Virus record (IMG/VR): IMGVR_UViG_3300029288_000079
Location: 96,001 to 160,000 of that record
Direction: 5' to 3' (one strand)
Length of the DNA stretch: 64,000 nt
From: a virus
Lineage: Duplodnaviria; Caudoviricetes
Made by a program: the position numbers and the translations under genes. Numbering within the stretch: position 1 is the stretch's first letter; every line of letters begins with the position of its first letter. The notes below the pieces were generated by a model. It saw only the letters and a list, made by a program, of their open reading frames with translations. It had not been told where the DNA came from and searched no databases. This document shows, piece after piece, positions 48,845 through 58,726 of the stretch.

Positions 48845-49129
48845 TTATGGAATAATTTCACCATTAAGTTTGAATCCCCATCCAAAAGCATCAACATATT
48901 CCTGATCCAGGACCTGGAAGCTCATAATACCATTAAACAGAAATTGCCGGATATGATCATTAAGTGTATTATCCCATAACCATAATACTTGATTACCCTT
49001 CTTATTAATACCAATCTCAGTAATACCTCCTGTATGAGTTACTTGTTCACCGTTCTCTTTAGTGTATTGCAACGTAATACATTTATGGGCTTGCAAGGCC
49101 TCTACTAATGGTGCTGTATCTGTAATCAT
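48845..49129 (-). CDS. WYL/SH3-fold-like protein
   Basis: ITLQYTKENGEQVTH...LWLWD...IRQF. Confidence 0.5.
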   Translation of the reverse strand: MITDTAPLVEALQAHKCITLQYTKENGEQVTHTGGITEIGINKKGNQVLWLWDNTLNDHIRQFLFNGIMSFQVLDQEYVDAFGWGFKLNGEIIP

Positions 49130-49353
49130 TTTCTACCTACCTCCCATTTTGTAAAATATCTACCCTTATCCTCTTTGTTAATTCTAATTAGAGTTTTTTG
49201 TAATTCTTTTAACAGTCTCCTAGCAACTCTAATATGCATTTCTATCGTCTGCTCAGGAAATAAAGGATTTATAGGAGTGGCATAATACCGCTTACAAATA
49301 CTTCTGTATTCTTGAGCACGTTTAGCATGGATTCCTGTTCTATCAAGGGCCAT
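49126..49353 (-). CDS. Hypothetical protein
   Basis: 75 aa ORF, translationally coupled to its neighbour. Confidence 0.45.
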   Translation of the reverse strand: MALDRTGIHAKRAQEYRSICKRYYATPINPLFPEQTIEMHIRVARRLLKELQKTLIRINKEDKGRYFTKWEVGRK

Positions 49354-49360
49354 AATTATT

Positions 49361-49861
49361 TCATCTCCTCTCCTCTAACTTCTCATAACCCACTATATTT
49401 TGGTATTTAACAACATGTAACTTTCCAATATCTTTACTTTCATAATCCATAACCTCATTACCAATGTAGTAAACTATATCACAAATATCAACCTTATCAA
49501 ACTGAGGTTTAGTTGACATCGAACTACCTATAGATACTACAGTTCCTTCTAACAATGGGGATTGATGAGATGTAGCTATAATAATCCCAGGTGTAACACC
49601 TTCTTTTCCAGATTCATCAGGTTTGATAAATACAAAATCATTTAATGCTTGCATATTGAGCTCCTTATTATTTAGTTTTTGTTCAACCTCAAATATCATA
49701 CTCTCTTCATCGCTTGATAGACATGCAGCTCCTTTAGCCCCACACTCAGGACATCTTATGGCATCTCCATCATAACAAAAATCACTGGCATTTGTAAAGA
49801 CTTCCAGATCATCTCCACAGATATTACACTCCTCATTAGTTGTTACCCAACGCTTTTCCAT
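49361..49861 (-). CDS. groES: GroES-like co-chaperonin (49361..49654) in frame with an N-terminal zinc ribbon
   Basis: MQALNDFVFIKP...TPGIII...GTVVSIG...DIVYY; internal AAGGAG RBS before ATG at 49654; upstream CNIC/CPEC. Confidence 0.7.
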   Translation of the reverse strand: MEKRWVTTNEECNICGDDLEVFTNASDFCYDGDAIRCPECGAKGAACLSSDEESMIFEVEQKLNNKELNMQALNDFVFIKPDESGKEGVTPGIIIATSHQSPLLEGTVVSIGSSMSTKPQFDKVDICDIVYYIGNEVMDYESKDIGKLHVVKYQNIVGYEKLEERR

Positions 49862-49867
49862 AGTCTC

Positions 49868-50302
49868 TTATAGATTTTTTATAAATTTAGGTAATATTTT
49901 TCTGGGTACATCTATAGAAAAACTAAATCTATTATTACCCGCCTCTGTCTCTCCACCTTTTTTAGTAAAATCCTCATAGGATTGATTCACAACATTCCAT
50001 ATATACTTTCGAAATGGTTTAGAGTCAGGAGATAATATTTGAAGAGCTCTTGTAAAAGCTATTTTTCTACCTAGAGTTTCATTAAATCTATCTCGAGGAT
50101 TACAATATGTAATAGCATGAGTTAGAGGAAATAAACTTAAAGGATATTCATTTGTCCCCTTTATAAAGATATCACACGTAATAGCTCTGCGCTTTATCAT
50201 AGGTAAGCGGATAGGCAATAAAGGGACCTTTATTCCACTAACCTTTCTAGGCATACCCTTAAACTCCCCAAATGCAATCTGCAGAATTACTTTATTCTTC
50301 AT
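49868..50302 (-). CDS. Hypothetical phage protein
   Basis: CNPRDRFNETLGRKIAFTRA motif; GAGGAG RBS. Confidence 0.55.
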   Translation of the reverse strand: MKNKVILQIAFGEFKGMPRKVSGIKVPLLPIRLPMIKRRAITCDIFIKGTNEYPLSLFPLTHAITYCNPRDRFNETLGRKIAFTRALQILSPDSKPFRKYIWNVVNQSYEDFTKKGGETEAGNNRFSFSIDVPRKILPKFIKNL

Positions 50303-50324
50303 AATTACTCCTCTATTAATATAC

Positions 50325-50873
50325 TTAGTCCCAATATGCTAAAACATTTTTATAATCCGGATAATTTTTACTAAGCCAATCCATAACTTCCTTATCAAGT
50401 TCTCTTTCTATTAAAATATATGCTTCATCATATGCCTTAATAAATTTTACTGTTGCCGTTGCATAGATAATATTATCCTCATCCATAACAAAAAATTGCA
50501 AAGCATCTTTTAGATCATAGTTCTGACTACTACTAAATCTTGTATAAAGGCCCATATTAGCACTTCGATCATAGAATGCTGCTTTATAAAATATAAATGC
50601 CCTTCTCCTACCCCTATCATCAATTAAATAACTCCACATATCATGATCAGATTTCTCTTTCTTCCATCCTTTTGGCATCTCAACTTTCAGAAAAATATCA
50701 TCATGATCCCCAAGAAACTTGAATCCGAGCTTCTGTAACTCTTTCTTCGGACATTGTTTGGGTAATATATCAGAATTAACGAGAGCTTGTTGACCCCTCT
50801 TTTCCTGAGCTTCAATACCTCCAGGAGTAATAGCAGTAAGAAAATTCTCTATAACAGTAGGTCTAGTTGTCAT
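50325..50873 (-). CDS. Conserved hypothetical phage protein
   Basis: GGIEAQEKRGQ...PKGWKK...HDMWS...IFYKAAFYDR; AGGAG RBS. Confidence 0.65.
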   Translation of the reverse strand: MTTRPTVIENFLTAITPGGIEAQEKRGQQALVNSDILPKQCPKKELQKLGFKFLGDHDDIFLKVEMPKGWKKEKSDHDMWSYLIDDRGRRRAFIFYKAAFYDRSANMGLYTRFSSSQNYDLKDALQFFVMDEDNIIYATATVKFIKAYDEAYILIERELDKEVMDWLSKNYPDYKNVLAYWD

Positions 50874-51066
50874 ATAATCTCCTATGTATAAATTAAAGAT
50901 TATTGGTACAAACTTTTACTTGTTAGTTAGACTTTCATTATTTGTACCAATAAATTCTTTCTTTATTTTTTGACCAAGCTGGTGTTAAAGATAATGAAAG
51001 CACCTCACGCATAGTCACCTTTTGTAAGAACTACCAAACTACTCAGTGCTAACTGTCCTAAATATA

Positions 51067-51465
51067 TTATTCTTTTGCTATTGCTCCACAATCTATCTTT
51101 ACAAATTTACTAATAATATTATTAAATTCCAATAGCTCTGCCTTTGTTTTAGGAATTTCTATATTCTTTATAAGATATGCAGCTTTATTTTGTAGCTTCT
51201 TAAGATACAACTCCTCCCTAAGTTCGGGAGTCAGTTTACATAAAAGATTATGATTCCAAACATTACCTCCAATACTTATACCATTAGATCTTCTAAATCT
51301 TTCTATACTACATGGCTTAACACCTGAGGATTTATATTCTACAATTATCTGTGTCTTGGTTATTCTAGAAATTTTTACAATTCTACCAGCGTTATTTCCA
51401 GACACATAAACTTTATCACCTGCTTTTAATTGAGCTAACCATTCAGTGTCATGTATCAATGTCAT
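51067..51465 (-). CDS. Beta-barrel (KOW-like) hypothetical protein
   Basis: LKAGDKV...VKISRITKTQIIV. Confidence 0.55.
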   Translation of the reverse strand: MTLIHDTEWLAQLKAGDKVYVSGNNAGRIVKISRITKTQIIVEYKSSGVKPCSIERFRRSNGISIGGNVWNHNLLCKLTPELREELYLKKLQNKAAYLIKNIEIPKTKAELLEFNNIISKFVKIDCGAIAKE

Positions 51466-51713
51466 ATTTCAGTACTCCTTTTTTCTTCTATATCTTTCTT
51501 CAAGAAATTTATTATATAATCATAATCAATATGTGGCAATATACAAAGACTACAATCTTTCTTACCTTTAATATATGTAAAATTACCTTTACAGTCAAAT
51601 GTAAACAAAGGACAAAAGCAGAAAAGACAGGAAAAATTATCTAAATGAATATTACTATGACATGGAAAATATTCACAGTCCTTATTACAAAAGAATTTAC
51701 TATTGTTATCCAT
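51462..51713 (-). CDS. Cysteine-rich small domain (zf-like) protein
   Basis: CEYFPCH...CLFCFCPL...KDCSLCILPH. Confidence 0.75.
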   Translation of the reverse strand: MDNNSKFFCNKDCEYFPCHSNIHLDNFSCLFCFCPLFTFDCKGNFTYIKGKKDCSLCILPHIDYDYIINFLKKDIEEKRSTEI

Positions 51714-51716
51714 ATA

Positions 51717-51941
51717 TCATTTCATATCACGAGGTGGAGTTGGCGGTATATACATCCAAAATTGCACTCTGCCATTATATTGCTTTGTCCACCCTATAAG
51801 ATCATTATAAACGATCCAAGTCTTGTCTACATACTTGCCCTGTAATATATCAGAATAAGTACGTTTACGTTCCATCCAAGCAACTACTACCAAGCAAAGT
51901 TCTGGCAAGTCAGGAAGTTTCTCTTTTATATCTATCCACAT
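51717..51941 (-). CDS. DUF551-like protein
   Basis: MWIDIKEKLP...VQFWMYIPPTP. Confidence 0.65.
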   Translation of the reverse strand: MWIDIKEKLPDLPELCLVVVAWMERKRTYSDILQGKYVDKTWIVYNDLIGWTKQYNGRVQFWMYIPPTPPRDMK

Positions 51942-51997
51942 TTTATCTCTCCTTTATAGTTTGATTAGACTAATCATCTGTTTTTCTACACAACAAT

Positions 51998-52402
51998 CTA
52001 TATTTTTGGTAGTGGCTTAAATAGTCCCTCATCAATAAATATAATAAAATCTTCCATTGAATGTCTATCATACATACTTCTGCCTATTGTTTCCCTCCCT
52101 TCACAAAAAGTATATTCATATCTATAACTATCTCTATGTAAGAAATCCATTTTAATCTCTCTATCACCCTTCTTAAATAATATATGGGATCCTTGATGAG
52201 TCCATTTAGTATTATAATGAGCTGTGTAAGTAATACCCTCCTCTAATAATAAAGGAATAATATCTGAAAAAGCAATTTCAAATTCACTAATAATACGTTT
52301 AAGATCTTTCTCGAGCTTTCTATCTAAAAATTCAGATTCAATTCTCTCCTTCTCAAGTCGTTCTTGTCTTATTTTTACTGCTTTATCCATTAATTTTGAC
52401 AT
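51998..52402 (-). CDS. Hypothetical protein
   Basis: 134 aa with AAGGAG RBS. Confidence 0.55.
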   Translation of the reverse strand: MSKLMDKAVKIRQERLEKERIESEFLDRKLEKDLKRIISEFEIAFSDIIPLLLEEGITYTAHYNTKWTHQGSHILFKKGDREIKMDFLHRDSYRYEYTFCEGRETIGRSMYDRHSMEDFIIFIDEGLFKPLPKI

Positions 52403-52496
52403 TGATTTCTCCTTATATTATATACATAGAAATATAATAAATGATATTATAAGAATCAAGTGTTCATGAAAGTCTAATGTTCATAAATTATGAACA

Positions 52497-55400
52497 TTAC
52501 CGAATAGGTCTTACCTTAGATTTATTCCCCCAGCCTGTAGGTCCTGCTAGTGGAGAAACACCTTTACGTCTAAATTTAGCGGGTAAACCATCTCTATGAG
52601 CTTGTTTAATGCTCTCCTTCGTAGGATTCATCCTTAAACATAATCTATGTATTAAGTTACTAACTACATCGGCCAGGTCATCTGTTTGTACTGGACCAGT
52701 GGCAGGGTGATGATAATACACAATGCCCCCAGCATGATCCTCTTGCAGATACTTCATTTCAGTTTTCCACAGCTGTACCCAACCCCCATCATCCACTCCA
52801 TACATCTTCACATTACCTAATTGAGCTTCAGATAGGAAACTGCCATACATTTCAGCCTTATATGGATTGGTAAATGTTGTTTCAACTGCAGGTAATCCTA
52901 CGGCTTGTAATGCATGGACTGGAGGCGAGGATTCAAATTGGTCATAAGCTATCTCTAAAATATAATTTCTGCCCCCAAGATCATCCACAAGTTTAAATAC
53001 AAATTCCAACACTACATTAGGATCCACCTGAATTATCTCATGTCTACCCATACCTACATTTTTAAGTGTAGCATTGAACCCAAACATACCATCCACAATA
53101 TAAGTATACTTCTTTGTAGTAAAATCCTGTTCAGCATGTCCCCAGGATACTGCATATGTATCAGCTTTCTTTTTCTTGGCTTTTCCACCAGGATCCAGAG
53201 TAATAATGTAATGCTTTCTTCCACCAATGTTATCCCTACACATTGGTACGGTTGATTGAGGTATTGCATTTATAACTGCTTCAGATATAAACTGCCCAGA
53301 TGGATTTCTAAAATGAGCTCCATATTCTGAATTACATCCAACAGGATCTGCTCTAAATTCTGAATCTAATACTTCTCTTGTAATTGTGGGTCTGACTTCC
53401 CATGTAGCAAATTGAAATAAGCAGTAACCCACTTCAGGTTCAATATTTGCAAAGTTTTCCTGCTCCATTCCTCCAGCCATACAATAGTAATGATAGAACT
53501 CCCCACCTTTCTCTACGGGAGAAGATTCCATAATAACCCTACCCTCGTCTCCAAAGTCCTGTACAGATGGAATTAATGCTTTAGTAATGGCATAATCAGA
53601 TCTAGGATTCTCAGATACTAACTGTTCCTCAGACTTAGTAGGATCAAATTTAGCTCTTACGAAATGAGCAAACTCAGACAGCATTAACAAATACGTAGCA
53701 TCACCACGTTTTGTAGTTCCTGATGTTGTTACAGATTTGATATTGATAGTGCCGGGTTTCCTAGGTTCCTTCGATTCTCCACTTCCCCTGAGTACCTTCC
53801 TATTCATTTCAAATATCTTATCATTCTCTAATTTATCTACAGGTGTAAACAACCTCAACTCAGTAGAACTATCCTTATCAAAATCTATAAAAGGCTTGAA
53901 AAAATCAGTAGAACGAATATTATCTCTTGATAAAGTAAATACAGCTTCTGCTTGATCTCCACCCGCAGCAACGTGAGTAATATATATAGGATGTCTATCA
54001 CGTATGCCAAAATGTTTCTGAGGATTACCTAATGTAATCAGCTCATATGTACTTACACATGAAAAGAAAGACATCAAAGTACTATTATGAACAACAATAT
54101 CATTAGCTATAAAATTATGTGTATCTTCAACACTCAGATCATAGGTATCTTCTTCCCCAATGTATTCTATTTTATTTATAATGTCCCAATCTACATCTGA
54201 TATAGATAGATCTCTCAATAATTCATCGTCCAGTACATCAGCTATTCTACCCAATTTTTCACGATTAATAGACCAGCCTTGCCCTATTCTACCATTAATC
54301 TCTCTCAATCTTTGTTTACTTAACTTTTTTTCAATTCTTTTATCATTAATATAGTTTAAGATTTCTTTAGGTATGCAAGATATTAAAGTATTAGGTTTTT
54401 TATGAAGTCTTTCCTTTTTAAGAACTATACCCAATCTCTTTTCTTTTTCTCCAATAAATCCTATCTTATTAAAATACTTCTCAATATCCTCTTTTCGTCT
54501 TATATATAACTTATACGAATCAAATCTCTTATAAAGACCTTCTTTATTACTAAAGTAACCGCTTTTTACCTTTTTAACACTTCCAACTATTCCAAATCTT
54601 AAAAGCAGACTTTGTACTTGTAGAATTAATTTATACGAACTAGAAGAGTAAAATATAAAACCATCTTTTCCATTATCTACCACGCACCCATCACAAGAGA
54701 ACAAAGCTTTTAAAAAATTAGCAATGATTTCATTAGAAGAATAATTTATAACTTCTGGAACTTCTTTATCTATAGACAAAACACCATATAAACCATGTAT
54801 CTTACAAAACTCTCTCGCATCATTTGGAATTCTACAATTCTTGGAAATAACATTTTTGACTATTCTATAACTATATCTATTATGACCTGTATAATTCATT
54901 TTACAGTTAAATTCCTTACAGCAAGTTGCCATATCTGATAATATTGCAGAATCTGTATTTGTAAAACTAAAATTGCCATGGGTTCCACCATCCCCAATCA
55001 TATAACCTAAAAACCTAGATTTTTTGTCAGATAAAATATCTGTATTAATATCTACCGAGATTGGAATATTATTTGGTATGGCTATTCTAGATTCTATCGT
55101 AAGTTCACTTAACTGCCTCCACCCTGAAATAGTTAAAAATTTATGATTTTGAGTAGTCTTTAAAGTTTTCCCAGTTCTAGTTGAAATTCTATAGACAGGT
55201 TTTTTACCATTGAAATTAATACTATAATTTATAGTAGACGTAATCTTATAATGAGAGTCTAATGTTAATATTTTTGGTTTTAGATTATTATTATATATAT
55301 CATCTAATCTAAGTAATGATCCTGTATCTACATCATATATAGTAGAATCTCCTGTAAGACATTTGGTACCGCGGCGGCCTAGGGCAAGAATAAATCTTTT

Positions 55401-55667
55401 AGGCCTGGCATCTGTATTGATGTTAACAGCTATATGCCACTTCTCCCATAAAAGATTTAGTAGGGCCATCTCGTCTGCTGTTGGAGGATATAGTAACCAC
55501 AATCCATAGTATGTCTTAATAGCACAAGATTGAAAAACAGTTGGAGTCTCCCCCATAAACTCTGTACTAGCTATGAACTCCAGAGCATCCACCTTCTCCA
55601 TAGGCTGAACTTCTTCTACAGCCTCTTCAAAGTATTGCTGACCAGCTTGTAGGAAATCAAAATCCAT
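52497..55667 (-). CDS. terL: Terminase large subunit with intein (about 630 aa after splicing)
   Basis: Walker A GRRGTK|S, Walker B-like LLMLSEFAHF, ESSP coupling motif, and nuclease motifs ITLDPG, YDQF and DDLADV. Confidence 0.9.
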   Translation of the reverse strand: MDFDFLQAGQQYFEEAVEEVQPMEKVDALEFIASTEFMGETPTVFQSCAIKTYYGLWLLYPPTADEMALLNLLWEKWHIAVNINTDARPKRFILALGRRGTKCLTGDSTIYDVDTGSLLRLDDIYNNNLKPKILTLDSHYKITSTINYSINFNGKKPVYRISTRTGKTLKTTQNHKFLTISGWRQLSELTIESRIAIPNNIPISVDINTDILSDKKSRFLGYMIGDGGTHGNFSFTNTDSAILSDMATCCKEFNCKMNYTGHNRYSYRIVKNVISKNCRIPNDAREFCKIHGLYGVLSIDKEVPEVINYSSNEIIANFLKALFSCDGCVVDNGKDGFIFYSSSSYKLILQVQSLLLRFGIVGSVKKVKSGYFSNKEGLYKRFDSYKLYIRRKEDIEKYFNKIGFIGEKEKRLGIVLKKERLHKKPNTLISCIPKEILNYINDKRIEKKLSKQRLREINGRIGQGWSINREKLGRIADVLDDELLRDLSISDVDWDIINKIEYIGEEDTYDLSVEDTHNFIANDIVVHNSTLMSFFSCVSTYELITLGNPQKHFGIRDRHPIYITHVAAGGDQAEAVFTLSRDNIRSTDFFKPFIDFDKDSSTELRLFTPVDKLENDKIFEMNRKVLRGSGESKEPRKPGTINIKSVTTSGTTKRGDATYLLMLSEFAHFVRAKFDPTKSEEQLVSENPRSDYAITKALIPSVQDFGDEGRVIMESSPVEKGGEFYHYYCMAGGMEQENFANIEPEVGYCLFQFATWEVRPTITREVLDSEFRADPVGCNSEYGAHFRNPSGQFISEAVINAIPQSTVPMCRDNIGGRKHYIITLDPGGKAKKKKADTYAVSWGHAEQDFTTKKYTYIVDGMFGFNATLKNVGMGRHEIIQVDPNVVLEFVFKLVDDLGGRNYILEIAYDQFESSPPVHALQAVGLPAVETTFTNPYKAEMYGSFLSEAQLGNVKMYGVDDGGWVQLWKTEMKYLQEDHAGGIVYYHHPATGPVQTDDLADVVSNLIHRLCLRMNPTKESIKQAHRDGLPAKFRRKGVSPLAGPTGWGNKSKVRPIR
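54084..55361 (-). mobile_element. LAGLIDADG intein (426 aa) inserted in the terminase Walker A motif
   Basis: K|CLTGDS...TQNHKF...LGYMIGDG...FLKALFSCDG...YDLSVEDTHNFIANDIVVHN|S. Confidence 0.92.
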
Positions 55668-55668
55668 A

Positions 55669-55923
55669 CTAATTTACCTGACCATACTGTTTATCCCACC
55701 AATCTCTATTTTCATTATTACTTTCTTCCGCCTCAATAAACGGAAGTTCATCTTCATCAAAAAGATTCAACATAAAGCCTTCCTCAGCAAAATCTCTAGC
55801 AAATTTATTGGTTAAAGCATGGTGCATTGAATCATCAATATATATGTCGCCCTCTTTTGGTATGGATCTTGCTGCACAGATTGCTATTGTTCTATCACCT
55901 ACCTTACGTATTCTAATTGCCAT
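55669..55923 (-). CDS. Hypothetical protein
   Basis: MAIRIRKV...CAA...GDIYIDD..HHAL motif common in phages. Confidence 0.55.
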   Translation of the reverse strand: MAIRIRKVGDRTIAICAARSIPKEGDIYIDDSMHHALTNKFARDFAEEGFMLNLFDEDELPFIEAEESNNENRDWWDKQYGQVN

Positions 55924-55927
55924 AATA

Positions 55928-56740
55928 TTACTCTTTCAATCTCTTTTGTTTTACAGTCACAGCTTTGGATACATCTAAAGGTTTCAATGCAGGAGCTACA
56001 ATCATATTCATAATACTAAGAATACTATTATATACTTCCCTACCCTTCTTAATATCATTCAAGAAAGCTTCTTTAACAATATAGCCAGATAAGGCTTGGA
56101 GCATATGTCCAAATGTCTCTTGTAAACTCTCCATTATCTCTATCCTTACCGCCAGTTTTTCCTTCTCTATAATATTACTAGCTATATTTACAACGTCACC
56201 CTTCATACTATTCCAAAGTCCCTGCCGTCTTTCTATAAGATCAAATAATCTATTTTCAGCCCCTCTAACCTTTACAGCAGCTGCTTTCAAAGTTTCATCT
56301 CCAGGTACGCTCGTTGCTTTTAACAAATCAAAAGCTTCCACAGAGTCATCCAAATGACAACTAGCCCTGCGTACCACTTTTTCTACACTCACACAATCTT
56401 CCATACGACATCTTAGCATAATGTCTAGCATATGAATGTAATCTAGAGTAGATTCCTTTCTTGAATCATATAATTGATTATAAATATCTTTATCAGCAGC
56501 AGATGTATCATTACGCTGTATCACTAAAGGCCTCAATAGAATAGATACATCAGTATGATGTTTATGGCCTGTAATGTTCAGACGAGATATTGGAGAAAAT
56601 CCACTGGGTAAAAAAGGAGAGTAATATTCACCTATTTCTTTAAGAGTCTTTATACCCGAAAAGATATCAAAATTTATACTATTTATTAGATTTGGTTGTG
56701 ATCCAAATGCATTACATATTTTACAAAGATGATGTGGCAT
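55928..56740 (-). CDS. Probable terminase small subunit
   Basis: N-terminal CKIC...HKHH zinc/HTH-like region, then helices; upstream of terL; GAGGAG RBS before MPHHLC. Confidence 0.55.
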   Translation of the reverse strand: MPHHLCKICNAFGSQPNLINSINFDIFSGIKTLKEIGEYYSPFLPSGFSPISRLNITGHKHHTDVSILLRPLVIQRNDTSAADKDIYNQLYDSRKESTLDYIHMLDIMLRCRMEDCVSVEKVVRRASCHLDDSVEAFDLLKATSVPGDETLKAAAVKVRGAENRLFDLIERRQGLWNSMKGDVVNIASNIIEKEKLAVRIEIMESLQETFGHMLQALSGYIVKEAFLNDIKKGREVYNSILSIMNMIVAPALKPLDVSKAVTVKQKRLKE

Positions 56741-56772
56741 GATTTTGCTCCTCACGCTTATCCATTATGTTA

Positions 56773-56868
56773 TTAAATTAATTCTATATCAGACTCCAAC
56801 AAAAATATACTATCTAAGTCACCAACATTGAATTTACTAAATGTAATATCCCAAGCTAATGATGTCAT
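56773..56868 (-). CDS. 31 aa WDI mini-ORF MTSLAWDITFSKFNVGDLDSIFLLESDIELI
   Basis: ATGA overlap with the upstream stop; carries the start and end signatures of the SH3-like WDI modules. Confidence 0.6.
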   Translation of the reverse strand: MTSLAWDITFSKFNVGDLDSIFLLESDIELI

Positions 56869-57464
56869 GACAATGGAACTCCATCTATTGCATCTAACAT
56901 CATAATCCACTGATCTATTATTTCTAATTTTTTATCTATGGCTGTAAGAGCATTAGCCGCATGTTTAGATACTGATGTTGCAGCAACAATCTTATATTCA
57001 ATATCATCAAGCTTATCTTTCAGATCAGAATAACTCTTCACACCATTAAAGAACTCCGTGTCCCCGGTCCCCATATCTAGATAGGAAGGTATGGCTACAG
57101 GCAAGGATCCAATCAAACTATTAAGAAAGTCCGATATTAATTTCAATGTTCCTGCATCGGCCCCACTACTATCTGTACCACTCAATGGTATTGAATTTAT
57201 AATAGTATTTACTAACCCACTATTAGGTGTTAGAAGAGAATTTACAACTAATCTTTGCTTCTGTAATGCGTTAGAAACTACATCACAAGATTGTATATTA
57301 AACAATATTGTACTGCGAGTACTCATCAATAAGGAAGCTTTCTGAGTAAATAAGAATGATTTAATACCCACTCTTAATGGTCTCGACAGATTGATGAAAA
57401 ACTGAACCAATCTAGCATCAATCCCAGTAGACTCAGCTATTGTTTTTGCTTGAGTGCTTGACAT
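56865..57464 (-). CDS. Hypothetical helical protein
   Basis: Likely start MSSTQAK with GGAG RBS, overlapping the upstream stop. Confidence 0.55.
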   Translation of the reverse strand: MSSTQAKTIAESTGIDARLVQFFINLSRPLRVGIKSFLFTQKASLLMSTRSTILFNIQSCDVVSNALQKQRLVVNSLLTPNSGLVNTIINSIPLSGTDSSGADAGTLKLISDFLNSLIGSLPVAIPSYLDMGTGDTEFFNGVKSYSDLKDKLDDIEYKIVAATSVSKHAANALTAIDKKLEIIDQWIMMLDAIDGVPLS

Positions 57465-58726
57465 TATATTAACTCCACATTGTCCACAGCAAACCCCCAA
57501 CCAATTTCCTCATGGCGAGATGCTGGATATAAGTCCCAACTTACACCAATATGAGGTGTGATCATTTCATTTAAACCTACACTAACAACTGTACCCTTTG
57601 CACCTATAGGAAGTTCACCAATGGATGTATATGTTCTTGCTAGACGAGGTGTACCTTCTTTAATCCTAATTCTATCCCCTATTTGAAAATCATTTTCAAG
57701 TCTAGGTATATCCCAACTTAATGTATCTTCTGCAAGTTCTAGATCTTCAGTTGTGAAAAAATCTTCCCTATTACAAGTTGGATACAAATTAACTACCCAA
57801 TAATCGTCACCTCGAAGTGTGCCTTTGCCCACTATATAGAATATGTGATTAGAATCCTCTCTGTAAGCATTAGGAAAATCAGAATCATATTTCATCCACA
57901 CATTAAGTGGTGCATAAATAGATTTATTCTTAATCCTTACCTTGCTCCCAACTTTTAACTCTAGATCAGGTATATCCCAAGATAATAATGGATCCTTCTC
58001 AGGTTTAATATATTTTAATAATCCCTTTCTTATCATACCATTATTGAATTTAATAAAATCATCAAACTCTGCCTGACTATTAGCCTGACCCACAATATAA
58101 AAACCACTAAAAGGTTTAACATTCAAAATTCCGGGTGATGGGACTATAGTAGACTCAGGTTTCTCACCCTTAAAGGGAACTACACATCCATATATTCCGG
58201 TTATGTTTTCACTATCTTTATCATGCTTCACACAACCATAAGATATTAAATCTAAACCTTGCCTCCATATTGCACATATTATTGTCCCATAAGATATATT
58301 TATTTCCTCTAATTGGTCTATTGTATATGGACCATCTAATACAATACCTATGTCCCAAGACAATTTCTCTATTGATTGAATATAACTTTCTATTTCTGAT
58401 TTATTCTCCTCAATAAATCTTTCAAACTCTTCAGAAGTTATATTAGTAGCAATAGTATTAAATGTTGTTCCCTCATGATATCCTATTTCTCTAGTATCAA
58501 ATTTGGTATCAATTGTATCTATGAAACCTTTAAGTTTATTATTGTAAACATGACAATATTTGTCTACTAAACCCTCTGAATCTACATGTATTATATTAAA
58601 AATCCCTCTACATATTGAAAATCTAACCAGTATTACATCCAACGGAACATCCCTTAGTTCAGGTATACTTATAAAATTTCCTGGATTAAAAGTTCCTACT
58701 GATATGTCCCACGCCAATGATTTCAA
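57464..58726 (-). CDS. WDI-motif modular polyprotein (4 motifs)
   Basis: SLAWDI, KLSWDI, LLSWDI, TLSWDI; two SH3-like modules. Confidence 0.7.
   Translation of the reverse strand: MKSLAWDISVGTFNPGNFISIPELRDVPLDVILVRFSICRGIFNIIHVDSEGLVDKYCHVYNNKLKGFIDTIDTKFDTREIGYHEGTTFNTIATNITSEEFERFIEENKSEIESYIQSIEKLSWDIGIVLDGPYTIDQLEEINISYGTIICAIWRQGLDLISYGCVKHDKDSENITGIYGCVVPFKGEKPESTIVPSPGILNVKPFSGFYIVGQANSQAEFDDFIKFNNGMIRKGLLKYIKPEKDPLLSWDIPDLELKVGSKVRIKNKSIYAPLNVWMKYDSDFPNAYREDSNHIFYIVGKGTLRGDDYWVVNLYPTCNREDFFTTEDLELAEDTLSWDIPRLENDFQIGDRIRIKEGTPRLARTYTSIGELPIGAKGTVVSVGLNEMITPHIGVSWDLYPASRHEEIGWGFAVDNVELI

Noticed and set aside
52461-52499. Palindrome taatgttcataa-a-ttatgaacatta as a repressor operator
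   Set aside because: It overlaps the terL stop codon and is more simply an AT-rich terminator-like hairpin; I noticed no second full copy elsewhere.
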